Source: a virus
Taxonomy: Duplodnaviria; Caudoviricetes
Reading direction: 5' to 3' (one strand)
IMG/VR virus record: IMGVR_UViG_3300034236_000005
Coordinates: 1 to 61,897 of that record
Length of the DNA: 61,897 nt
Below the pieces are notes generated by a model that saw only the letters and a program-made list of their open reading frames with translations, did not search any database and was not told the origin of the DNA. Below, piece by piece: positions 45,901 through 55,100 of this stretch (the first letter of the stretch is position 1; every line of letters begins with the position of its first letter). Both the position numbers and the translations under genes were made by a program.

Positions 45901-48229
45901 CCTTGGTGGTGATGTCCAGCGGGTTCTGGATGGACAGATAAACTTCCATTACCTGGCCGGCCTCGCCGCCACGATCCGATGCATACCAGTCGGCGCCGCT
46001 GCGGTCCTCAGTGAAAAACGACCCTTCATTGAATTTATTGAACTTCTTGGCACCAGTGCCGTGAAAGACGACGCGCGGCTTACCGGCATCGTCAACCACC
46101 TTGGAATTGCCGAACCATTTTTTGAATTCAGCCGTGCCAGGGCCTGCCGCACGATTGGCGCGGATATCTGCATTAGCACCGTCGAACGTGCCGGCGTTGC
46201 CGGTGACGCTCTTGATTTGCTCGGGCTTAAACGTAATGTAATGACGCTCGCCAGTTCCTTCGTCTTTAGCGATAATGCCGTCCCGTCCAGCCTTTTCAAG
46301 CGCCGTCACCTTGCGGTCGGTCAGCGCTTCACGCCGCGAATCCCATGCGTCCATTCCCATGTGTGGACTGGAAATTTTCAGATAAACCGGCATGATGACC
46401 GCGCCATACTCCGCCGCAGTTTCCTCCGAATCTGTGAAATAAGCCGGGTTGGAGTCGAATGCAGCGATGTCGTCGCTTGTACCGTGATAAACAACAAGCG
46501 GGTGGCCCTTCGCGTCTACCGCCTTGCTGTCACCGAACCATTTCCAGAACGCGGCCTGCGCGGCGAAGTCGGCTCCCAGCATCTGTCCCTTGCTGTTCGT
46601 GATCGGGCGGCGCACGCCGTCGACCTCGATGGTGCGCGCTTCGCCGGTGCTGGCGCGCTCGCCAGTCATCGGGTCGACGTCGCCCTGGTTCTCGGCCAGC
46701 AGGCCCGGCTGCAGCGCCATCACGCGCGCCAGCACGTTGTCAGCGGTCGGCGGCATTCCCAGCAGCATGCGAACCGCGCCGACCAGCTTCTGCCAGATCG
46801 ACAGCTTGGCGCCCGGCGCCGGCGTATCCTGCAGCATCTGGCGGAAGCGCGGATTGGTCCAGGCTTCGGCGATAAATTCCTCATCGTTGCTGATGCCGTA
46901 CTCGCCGGCGAAGTTGTCCAGCCCGGCGACGTACTTGTGCAGCACCTTGATCTGTGTCGCGGCCAGGCCGCCGCGCTGCAGGGCGCGGATCGTGGCTGCG
47001 TGCGTCAGTTCGTGCAGCATGGTCTGCTCGGCGCCCTCGGCGCGGTACAGCAGCGCGGTGTTGTCCGATGCGCGATAGCCGCCCTTCGCGTTTTCTGCGG
47101 TGGCATCGGCAACCGTGAAATTCTTGGCCTTGAACGCATCGTCGAACAGGATCCCGGTTTTCAGCCCCTGCTTGCCCAGCGCTGCGGCCAGGGCCCGGTG
47201 ATCGGCGTTGTCGCTGTTCGCGGCGATCTGCTCGAGCAGTTTGCTGACGCTGGTTCCATCCTGCACCATGGCGGCCACGGCGGCGTCGTTGCCGGTGGCG
47301 CTCGAGGCGGTCGAATAGATCACGGTCTTTCCGTCCTGGTCCTTGCGGGCGCCTTCCAGTTTCTCGCCGAAGTCTTCGATCTTGGCCGGCGCTGGCGCGG
47401 GATCAGCAGCTGGCGTCACTGGCGCAGGTTGAAGCGCAGCGCCACGCTGCGAGAATGCTGCCTTCGACAGCAGCACCAGGTCGCCGTAATCCAATGGCAC
47501 GATGGCGTCGAATCCTTGGGCCTTCAGTTTCTCGAGCTCGCCCGAGTTTTCCATATCTGCGGTCAGGTCGCTGGTGGCCACGAAGAACGGGCGCTGCACC
47601 GACGCTTTCAACTGATACACGTTTTCCTCGACGTCGCCAGCGTAGTGCAGCGCCGCGTCTTTGCCGCCTGCGGCGAACAGCGCGCCATTTGACATCAGAT
47701 CCAGGTCGGCAATGCCGCTTGACTGGCTGCCATGGAACCATGGCATACCGTTGACCTTCTTCAGCGCGCGCGCGGTGTCCTTGGCGTTGAGCGGGATACC
47801 GACGCTCAACTGCCAGCTAGCCGACTGCTCGGCAAACTCCGCATCCGTCATGTTTTCTTCGATGTCGGACATCAATGCGGTCAGCTGGCCCTGCGCGTCA
47901 AGAATCGATTTTTGACCGTCGTATAGCAAAGTCTGGATGCGGGAGGCAATGTCTTCTTCGGCGGGCGCCGGCTCGGCCTTCGGCACGGCTGCCAGTTTGG
48001 GCGCCGGCGCCGGCTTCTTGCCGCCCTGCTGCTCGTAGGCGGCGCGCACGGTCGACACGATCTTGCGTTCCTCCATCTGCGACAGTTCCAGCGCTTCTTC
48101 GACCGCCTTGGCCATGGCCGCGTCGGGTGCCATGCCTTGCGCTTCGAACTCGGCGGCGGCGTCCTTCAGTGCGGTGGCCGGGATCTTGCCGCCCAGGCGC
48201 AGGCTGGTGACACATTTAGAGTAAGACAT
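42953..48229 (-). CDS. Large polyvalent internal virion protein: 3x ADP-ribosyltransferase-like domains, zincin protease, PLxRFG domain
   Basis: WFHGS, YHGT and FHGT ART-like units (two with KWFG.SK.VD..G.P and PEQ.KS...N.G.FD), KIEDFGEKLEGARKD, HELTH...EEFIAE, YFPLARFGDY. Confidence 0.85.
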   Translation of the reverse strand: MSYSKCVTSLRLGGKIPATALKDAAAEFEAQGMAPDAAMAKAVEEALELSQMEERKIVSTVRAAYEQQGGKKPAPAPKLAAVPKAEPAPAEEDIASRIQTLLYDGQKSILDAQGQLTALMSDIEENMTDAEFAEQSASWQLSVGIPLNAKDTARALKKVNGMPWFHGSQSSGIADLDLMSNGALFAAGGKDAALHYAGDVEENVYQLKASVQRPFFVATSDLTADMENSGELEKLKAQGFDAIVPLDYGDLVLLSKAAFSQRGAALQPAPVTPAADPAPAPAKIEDFGEKLEGARKDQDGKTVIYSTASSATGNDAAVAAMVQDGTSVSKLLEQIAANSDNADHRALAAALGKQGLKTGILFDDAFKAKNFTVADATAENAKGGYRASDNTALLYRAEGAEQTMLHELTHAATIRALQRGGLAATQIKVLHKYVAGLDNFAGEYGISNDEEFIAEAWTNPRFRQMLQDTPAPGAKLSIWQKLVGAVRMLLGMPPTADNVLARVMALQPGLLAENQGDVDPMTGERASTGEARTIEVDGVRRPITNSKGQMLGADFAAQAAFWKWFGDSKAVDAKGHPLVVYHGTSDDIAAFDSNPAYFTDSEETAAEYGAVIMPVYLKISSPHMGMDAWDSRREALTDRKVTALEKAGRDGIIAKDEGTGERHYITFKPEQIKSVTGNAGTFDGANADIRANRAAGPGTAEFKKWFGNSKVVDDAGKPRVVFHGTGAKKFNKFNEGSFFTEDRSGADWYASDRGGEAGQVMEVYLSIQNPLDITTKAGSIQLMEIARSAGVNVNFNEDDSGWTFEAAEISDHSEYDGTNVPDLVYIPKVRAALAAAGFDGIVGEDTLENDDIRMWIALKPEQVKSAVSNNGAFDPANGDIRASIIQAADNSIQSVVADLPKTISNRLKDFRNVGLAALGRRQLVDLYAADFVEAPGKESTLTRYSKLIQQMDADKNESGAEADGIADHWGKLADNTQLADLMHDSTLAQIDPSKSYEPGDNRGEWATLSGRFKALSPEARQLYNEARDAYMTHWNKVRTEIRNRITRALPESPRRAALLEKMDAQFYEKVKGVYFPLARFGDYVVSVVDRNGDRVTVNFAETMNEAEALRKALQVKFPATSGHKVSKVTKKKEFNAGRDAVSRGFLTELFGVLDQYEGSAELVDDINQLYMASLPDLSWAKHGIHRKGTPGFSQDARRAFAQNMFHGARYLAKLRYADRLGDHLMEMQDHVEAQAGNADFDSVRAQQVVDEMNKRHDNYMNPNSSPVSSTLTSLGFIFYLGLSPASAAVNLTQTPLVTLPMLAAKYGMGKASAALLAASRQAAGNRNDISKVLTGDELAAYKQAVDAGVIDVSMAHDLAGIAAGDDNKANAKLRPVMKWASWMFHHGEKFNRQASLMAAYRLARGTGLDHAAAYESAVKDVYDSHFDYSAGNRPRIMQGNVARVVLLFKQYAQNMVYTLSRNAVLAAKGDRLALRTLSGLLVSHALAAGVLGLPVVGTLLAVASALGGDDDEPWDAKVALRNLMADLIGQKPAEVMMHGLSRLGPFDISGRVGLDKLILPDVQEGLEGARAAESWMTAALGPVAGIGMSTAKGLNSMAEGKYLRGLEEMMPVSVRNPIKALRFASEGVRDKTGIPVLDDTSAIEEFGQLIGFSPSRSREAMEGKGAVYRAERQLNDRRAALTAQWAHAKMAADAEGVADAMLAIKAFNEKHKERAISPASLGQSLRMRVKRIAEAEQGLYLPKKHRDVRELGRFAEQD

Positions 48230-48518
48230 GCTTGGCGATCTCCATCAGGATAGACATTATGATTTCTTCCTCGTCGCCTTCGAAGTCGTCGACGGGTACA
48301 TTATATTGTTGCTCAGAATAACTATGGTAGCGCGTCACGCCGCCACCTGGTCGATAAGGCGGCACGACATCGTTGTTTGGCGACCTGCAATCGAACTCCA
48401 CCCAGCCGATCGCCACATGTGACGGCGCGCCGACGGCATCGAATTCGCACCAGCCGATTGCAACGTGGCAGGGCGGCGCCAGCGCGTCAAACTCGGCAAA
48501 ACCGATTCTGACGTCCAT
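48216..48518 (-). CDS. Hypothetical protein with three internal IG(F/W)xEFD repeats
   Basis: IGFAEFD, IGWCEFD, IGWVEFD; acidic tail. Confidence 0.6.
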   Translation of the reverse strand: MDVRIGFAEFDALAPPCHVAIGWCEFDAVGAPSHVAIGWVEFDCRSPNNDVVPPYRPGGGVTRYHSYSEQQYNVPVDDFEGDEEEIIMSILMEIAKHVLL

Positions 48519-49472
48519 TTAAACCGCCGTGAATTCGAACCGTAAATCGGTGTAGTCGGTGATGCTGTCGCACTCTGGCCCGGTCAGCGCCTGCACGTAG
48601 ATGGTCGGGGTGGCCGGCAGCACTTCATGCGGCCAGTACGCGATCACGGTGCTGCCCTGCTTTAACCGCATGATGCCGCCGCTGCCGGTGGTCGACCAGA
48701 TCTGATACCGCAACACCTGGTTGGCCGACGTTCCAGGATCGACAACGGGGCCAAGCGCGATTTCAACCGCGCCGGGCGTGGTGGTGCTGATGTAATCGGC
48801 GCTGTCAGCGCTCGGCTCGTCGATCATGGCGGCCAGGTCGGTGCCGGTCGACGGCAACCAGGGCCCGGCGCTGATGGCGCTGAGTGGCCGCGCGTAGCGG
48901 GCATCCGGCTCGATCGGTGGCGGCGCTGTGGTTCCGGTCGACGACGTGTTCGACTGGACGGTGGCGGCGCCGGCGACCAGATGGCGCTGCGTGATGGCGG
49001 CGCTGGTGCTGGTGGCATCCTGAGTCGATGCAGCGCCAGCTGGCCGGTGGCGCTGCACGATGGCGCCCGACGTCGACGCATTCCCCTGGCTACTGGTGGA
49101 CCCGCTCAGGATGTGCGGCTGTTCGCCCAGCGAAGCGGTGCCCGATACTGCGCTCTGACTGGTGCCAATGCCGGCCAGGACGTGCTTTTGAACGATCGCT
49201 GCCGCGGCGCTGGTAGCGGACTGCGATGTGGTAGCGCCCGCAACCTTGTGGCGCTGCGTGATCGCACCAGTGCTGCTGGCGTTCCCCTGCGATCCAGTCG
49301 ACCCGGCAAGCGTGTGGCGCTGCGCAGCACTGGCGACGCTCGAGCTGTTGGCTTGACTGCTGCCGCTACCGACGAGCGTATGGCTAGTCGGCGCCGGTCC
49401 CGTCGCTTCGATCGGGATACCGCCTAGCTCGACTTGGGCGCCGTCGAAGAAGAACGCGCCAAAGTCGCTCAT
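48519..49472 (-). CDS. Repeat-containing fibre/decoration-like virion protein
   Basis: About 7 repeats of ~22 aa, H.(L/V)AG....Q...S...AI.Q; C-terminal globular domain. Confidence 0.65.
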   Translation of the reverse strand: MSDFGAFFFDGAQVELGGIPIEATGPAPTSHTLVGSGSSQANSSSVASAAQRHTLAGSTGSQGNASSTGAITQRHKVAGATTSQSATSAAAAIVQKHVLAGIGTSQSAVSGTASLGEQPHILSGSTSSQGNASTSGAIVQRHRPAGAASTQDATSTSAAITQRHLVAGAATVQSNTSSTGTTAPPPIEPDARYARPLSAISAGPWLPSTGTDLAAMIDEPSADSADYISTTTPGAVEIALGPVVDPGTSANQVLRYQIWSTTGSGGIMRLKQGSTVIAYWPHEVLPATPTIYVQALTGPECDSITDYTDLRFEFTAV

Positions 49473-50302
49473 TTTTCAATGATCCCGATACGGCCCAGGA
49501 ATGCGTGAAAGCCTGTGCCGGATGTGCTGCATATTGTGGTGAGTTGCAGGAAAGCGCCCGGCTTGATTTCGGCGATGCTACCAGCGAAGAATGTCTGGCG
49601 GTAGGACTGGCGCTCGACCATGGACCCGGTGTCAACCGGCAAGGCGATGATGCGGCGCATCAGGGTGATCCCAATGCTGCCAGCCGCTGCTGCGGCGCCT
49701 GCCATCGTGAAGCCTTCCACAGAACGACATCCAGTGTCGCCATCGGCCAGCGGAAACGGGGTCAGTGAGTCGGTCCCGTTATTAACGTTAGTCGCAACTG
49801 TAACCGGCTTGGATATGCAGTTTGGCACCCCGTCCTGATTGGTGTACTTGATAGTCGCAGTTGTGGCCACTGTTCCTAGCGACGTGTACACCTCCATGAA
49901 CGGCACAACTCCCACCCCGTCTGTGTAGCGTGGCAATGCTGCCGACGGCAGGTTCGTGGCCTGTTCGGTTATGACATTGCCAACCAGGCCGCCACTATGC
50001 ACAAGGCGGTCGTACAAAACAGCGGCAAGCTTGGTGCCCTGTCCTGAATTCCCGTAGGCGAATTCCATATCGCCCACCCACATTTGTTTCGAATTGGTGA
50101 GTGGGATGTACATCAATGCTGTCGGATCATTCCCATAGCATGCAACCGGCACAGAGGGGACCGCGCCTCCCTGGTAGCTCCTGTACGTGCTAAGAAGCCC
50201 CGTAATGGTCCCGATATTGCCGACTCCAAAATTAAAAACAGCAGACCGGGTGCCATTCTCGAGCAGCGCCTTGAATTCGGAAAATGATGCGATCGCGGAC
50301 AT
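49469..50302 (-). CDS. Putative virion protein, paralogue of 50302-51126
   Basis: LYDRLVHSGGLVG, EVYTSLGTVATTATIKYTNQDG, PLADGDTG shared with the neighbour. Confidence 0.7.
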   Translation of the reverse strand: MSAIASFSEFKALLENGTRSAVFNFGVGNIGTITGLLSTYRSYQGGAVPSVPVACYGNDPTALMYIPLTNSKQMWVGDMEFAYGNSGQGTKLAAVLYDRLVHSGGLVGNVITEQATNLPSAALPRYTDGVGVVPFMEVYTSLGTVATTATIKYTNQDGVPNCISKPVTVATNVNNGTDSLTPFPLADGDTGCRSVEGFTMAGAAAAAGSIGITLMRRIIALPVDTGSMVERQSYRQTFFAGSIAEIKPGAFLQLTTICSTSGTGFHAFLGRIGIIEK

Positions 50303-51126
50303 TACTTCTCCACCATGTTGATCGCGAAATCCAGCTTGGGCGCGGCGGTCGCTGCGGCTTGCCACACCAAAGCCAAGCAGGCGTCATCGGGAATGAGCGG
50401 GATCGATCCAGATGTGATGAAATCCCGGAACATCGCGCAACCTGGTCCTTCGATGTACCCTCGCCCGATCTGACGGGCGACAACAACGCCGAAATTCCCG
50501 GCGGTGCCCGTGGTCGCCAATACGGTCACCGATGTGACGCCTTGCACTCCGGTGTCGCCATCGGCAAGTGGTAAGCGGATGACCCGCGATTCCTCGCGGT
50601 TATTGGTTCCACCAAACACGACTGGCAGCGTTGTTTTGGCAGCACCAGCCTGATTCGTGTAGCTGGCCGTGATTGTGGTCGCAGTGGTTCCGATGGCCGT
50701 GTAAATTTCAATCCAAATTTGGTTGCCATCGCCGCCGACATTGCGCGTCAGGGCGCCGCCTACCGCTTGCGCCGTAGTGACAATTCCAGACAGCCCGCCG
50801 ATGTGCAGCAGTCGATCGTAAAGAACAACCCCGCCGGCATTGGTGCACATGGCCTCCATGCCAAGCAACCACAATTGCTTGCCCGAAGCGGCGTTGACCT
50901 GGCGCATGGCCCCCAGCGTGGTGCGGTCTGGCGCAGCCACTGATGTCGGGATTGCGCCGTTCGCGCCGTTGGTCTTGTTGTAGCGCCACAGTGACGTGGC
51001 CTGCCCAATAACAGGGGATACCGCTGCAGCGGCCTGGATCCGGCTATCCACGGAAAAGTCGACGCGCTGGGCCGCGCTGCTCGTGGCCAAATTAACGACG
51101 TTTGATAAATCGGTTATGGCTGCCAT
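50302..51126 (-). CDS. Putative virion protein
   Basis: LYDRLLHIGGLSG, EIYTAIGTTATTITASYTNQAG, PLADGDTG. Confidence 0.7.
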   Translation of the reverse strand: MAAITDLSNVVNLATSSAAQRVDFSVDSRIQAAAAVSPVIGQATSLWRYNKTNGANGAIPTSVAAPDRTTLGAMRQVNAASGKQLWLLGMEAMCTNAGGVVLYDRLLHIGGLSGIVTTAQAVGGALTRNVGGDGNQIWIEIYTAIGTTATTITASYTNQAGAAKTTLPVVFGGTNNREESRVIRLPLADGDTGVQGVTSVTVLATTGTAGNFGVVVARQIGRGYIEGPGCAMFRDFITSGSIPLIPDDACLALVWQAAATAAPKLDFAINMVEK

Positions 51127-51563
51127 GGAAGACCCTTTGAAATTCGTTGCGCATCGCCCGGACCGATTAAGCCGTTATCTTCCATTTTCTGAAGTCCAGC
51201 AATGGTGCGTGGATCGGTGAGTTCGATTTGATCGTGTGGCGCTCGGTTAACGCGGTCCAACTCAATTGCAACAGCAACCGAGCTCTTGGCTGCGGTGTAG
51301 ATATTGATCAGCCACGGGCCGAACAGATCCATGAATTGCAGCTTGCTGACAAAACGCTTGTTGGCAAGGTATGGATGGGCAAGCATTGCCTCTTGCAGCG
51401 CGGCGCCAGTCGACGCCGAGAGATCCACGCCAATCGCAGCCTCCAAGGCGTCAACGGTGAGAATTTCGCCACCAGCCAGCCCGACCTTAATCGCGCCATA
51501 GATCCCGGTGAAAGTGCCCACCTGATGATCCCAAAATACTTCTGCGCCAGATTGGTCGAGCAT
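51114..51563 (-). CDS. Hypothetical protein (fibre-chaperone-like C-terminus)
   Basis: VSKLQFMDLF...IELTDPRTIAGL...GLI...AQRI. Confidence 0.6.
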   Translation of the reverse strand: MLDQSGAEVFWDHQVGTFTGIYGAIKVGLAGGEILTVDALEAAIGVDLSASTGAALQEAMLAHPYLANKRFVSKLQFMDLFGPWLINIYTAAKSSVAVAIELDRVNRAPHDQIELTDPRTIAGLQKMEDNGLIGPGDAQRISKGLPWQP

Positions 51564-51574
51564 GGCTATCTCTC

Positions 51575-51850
51575 TTAGGTCGGCTGGTTGGACGTGTAGA
51601 CCAATGCCGGGTAGTCGATCGACGCTGATGCATTCGCCGTCTTCGTCGCGCTGGTCAGCGTGCGGTTGTTGCCCGACGACGCCAGCGTATAGTCCGCCGA
51701 CGTCATGGCCACTTCGCCCAGCTTATTGCCGGTGACGGTGGCATAGCTGTCGCCAGGCGCGTACGCCGAAATCAACAGCAGTTTTAGTGCGCCGTTCTTG
51801 ATCGCCAGCAGGCCGCCGTCAAGCACGTCAGGATGTACAAATTTTGCCAT
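51575..51850 (-). CDS. Small putative virion protein
   Basis: MAKFVHPDVLDGGL...; 91 aa. Confidence 0.6.
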   Translation of the reverse strand: MAKFVHPDVLDGGLLAIKNGALKLLLISAYAPGDSYATVTGNKLGEVAMTSADYTLASSGNNRTLTSATKTANASASIDYPALVYTSNQPT

Positions 51851-51862
51851 GGTATTTCCCCG

Positions 51863-52120
51863 TTAAATTACTGTGATCGTTACGCCGGCCATGCGGCCTT
51901 CTTTGTCGCGCCGCACCACGGCGTCGAGTTGCTTTGGCCGGGCCTGCATCGCCTGCGCGGCCTGCGCCATCGACTGCGCGGCGGTGGCCAGCTGCAGTGC
52001 CACATCGACCAGCGCGGAAGTGTCGGCAGCAGCTGGCGCAGGCGCAACGGGCGCGACCAGGCTGGCGGCAGGCTTGCGCCCGGCCAGCTGGTTCACTGCC
52101 TCGCGCGTCATCCGTATCAT
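51863..52120 (-). CDS. Hypothetical protein
   Basis: Ala-rich; ends VVRRDKEGRM. Confidence 0.6.
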   Translation of the reverse strand: MIRMTREAVNQLAGRKPAASLVAPVAPAPAAADTSALVDVALQLATAAQSMAQAAQAMQARPKQLDAVVRRDKEGRMAGVTITVI

Positions 52121-52123
52121 GGC

Positions 52124-55100
52124 TTACCCTTTCATGCACTTGAGCAGCGCCTTGTAATTGGCGATGTCTTCCCGAACTTCCTTCAGCGCGCGATCGGCGG
52201 TCATTTCAACCGATTCGAACGCCTTTTCTTCCTCGATCCATACGTCGGTGGAAACTTTGACTTTCTTGAAAAACGCGCGCGGAATGTCGGCCCCGGTGTC
52301 TTGCGGCTCGGCTTCGGTTTCGTTGCCCGATGGTATCACGGCGCTATCATTTCCAACAGGCACATTTTCGACCTTGGACGGCGCTGCTGCGGCTGGCAGA
52401 TAGTCGATGGCGTCGCCTGTGCGCCCGGCTTTCAACCAGGCATCAATCGCATTAATAGCCTCGGATGTAAAGACAATGTATTCTTCCATCTTCCAGCCGC
52501 GCGCCTTGCCAAGCGGGCCGATGCGCCGATCTTCCCGACTAGCATCGCTGACGTACATGTTTGCGTCGGTAAATTCATGCAGATCTGAAAAACTGTTCAG
52601 TTCCCCGTCGTCCACCATGCCGCTCGAGATATCGTTCTCGATTTCCTCCTGGGCGACTTCGATGGTGTGTTCAAGTACCGCGCGCCGCTCGATGTCCGGT
52701 GCCTGCGCTTCCTTGACGGTGGGCGCGAGATCGCCGCCAAAGTCAGCAAAGCCATCAGGCTGATCCTTGCGATCCATGCGCATGCGGAACATCCCGCGCT
52801 TATTTTCATACAGCGGTTCGCCTGCTGCGTTCATGCCGACTGCCTTGGATTCTGCTACCAGGTCGCCAATACTGATTCGCTCCTTGCCGCGCGCGGCTGC
52901 ATTCGCCTCGGCGGTCGCCAGCTGCTTGGCCAGCGCGGCTTCCTGCTTTGCGACCTTGGCGCGCCAGTCGACCTTTTTACCGTCCTTCGGCTTGATCTCG
53001 TACTTGTCGCGCCCGGTGTTCTCGATCCGGTGAGTGTCGCGGATCTTGTTTTTGGTCAGGTAGGCTTCGGCCTGGCCCTGATCCCCGAACGACTTGCCGG
53101 CATGCTTGTCGGCTATGGGTTTTTTGGTTTTCGCGGGTCGATCCGAAACGTCACGTTCGGAAACGGGTTCGCCGGCGGGATCGGCAGCGCCTGCACTGCC
53201 ACCCTGCTGCTGGCCATCGCCTTCTGCAGCGCCTGGCTCATTTGCGTTTCCGCTGGCAGGTACATCGTCGTTTTTCGCATTGCTTTTCTTCCCGTTGGGG
53301 TCTATACCAAGACTTTCTTTCCTTGCGCTCGCGGATTGAATATCACCTGTTCCGGCGTCTGCCCCAGCGACAGCCTCTTGTGCAGTGTGTTCGGAGCTAG
53401 TCCCACTACGCGCGCCCATTGCGCCAGAGTCTTTGTCTCGCCGCGCGCCGTCAACCACACGTTCTTGCGCTGGTTGTTCGCTTGCTCCATTTTTGTCTGC
53501 CACTGGATGTTTTTTGGCTCGTAATTCCCGTCGTTCTCCCTTCTGTCCAGTGTGTGCTTCGGCGTTGGGCGCTCCCCCACTGCTGCCAGAAACGCCGGAA
53601 AGCTCTCCACCCACTCCTGGCAGATCGTTATCCCCCTCCCCCCGTAGTTGTGGAAGTACGGATTTTTCGGATTGTGGCAACGATCCTTCATGTTCAGCCA
53701 AAGCTTGTAAATCGGATGCTTGCTTAGGCCGTGTTGCTCGCCCTTCGATTTCCCGCTCATCATCAGCCTTTCGATTAAGTGAAGATGATGATTGTACAGG
53801 CTTCAATGCCCAACTGCCGTTCTCGCCCTGCACCGGCTCAAACTTGGCCGGGTCAACCTTCTTTTTCTCCATGAACGCGCGCGCGCCGCCCTCGATCGAG
53901 AACTTGTAAGCGGTGTACGGGTTGGTTTTCCATTCCGGCTCTGGCGTCAGTGCAGGCTGCGCGTCGGCGGCTGGGTCTGCATGAACAGCAGCAGCGTCAG
54001 CAGGCGCGACTGTTCCGGCGGCAGCGGCCTTGCGTTTTCCAGGCTTTTGAACAGCTTTTTTAACTCCCTTGGGCTTACCACTCCCAGCCCCAGCAGCATC
54101 TGGATTGCTTCCTTCTGCGAGATCGACGGGCGTTGGTACAGCGGCGTCTGCATTTTTTGCCTCCTTTGGCGTCAGAATCCAACCGCCTTCGTCGGCGGCG
54201 GTGATGTCGTGCGTGTCGGCATAGCCTTCCTTGTGCGCGCGCTTGGCGGCGAACTCGGACATAAACGGCTTGCCGACCTTGTTCATGATGGAAACCGGTG
54301 CAGCTGGTGCAGCTGGCGCCGGCGCTGGTTCGTCTGCAGGCGCGGCTTTGGCCGGCTTCGGCACCGCCTTGGCGCCGCGCTCGGTCTGCTTGCCAAGTTC
54401 CTGCTGCCGCGCGGCTGCAGCCTCGTCAGCGGCCTGCTGCTCGCGCCGGGCGTCGCCGGTTCGCACTTGCTCGCCGTACGTTTCGGCAGCGGCGCCGCCT
54501 TCCGAGTCGACGCGGATCGCACCGCCTGGCGCCTCGCGGCTCGGGCCGGGTAGCATTCCCTCGTCACCCCGCTGCAGCGCGCCGGCGCGGGCCTGCGTGT
54601 CGAGCGTGAGCCACTTTGACGGCACAAGTGTGTAGCCCTTGCCCTTCGGGTGCGGAACAATCATCAGTTCCTTGCCCTTGGCGCCGGGCGCGGCCAGCAG
54701 CGCCTGCGCGTATTTCAGGTCGACCGGATCGTGGCGCGCACCCCATGCCTGCAGGTTGGCCTGCTCGTTTGCCTCGTTGTCCGCCGACTTCGGTTCCTCG
54801 ACGGGCTCGGGCTCGGCGCGCTTGCCGGTGGCCGGGTCGCGGCCCATGATCTCGCGGCGCGCGGCCAGACGCTCGTCGGCGTCCGGATACTTGCTGACCA
54901 GGTAAGCTTCCAGGTCCTGCTTGTGGCCCACGCTGCCGTCGGGGAATGAAATCAGCGGCTGCGGATCGTTCGTCAGCTGCAGAATCTGGTCTTCAATGCC
55001 AGCGTTGGCCGCACGCGTCAGCGATCCGCTCTCTGGCACCTTGTTGGCGCGAATGACTGATAAGGCGCCGCCCTGGCCGCCGCCAACCATGCCGACGCCC

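Noticed and set aside
42995-47692. 1565-aa plus-strand ORF (likewise 8907-11138, 56363-58072, 2146-3675, 12792-14135)
   Set aside because: Antisense shadows of high-GC minus-strand genes; no recognisable motifs and V/H/R/Q-rich shadow composition
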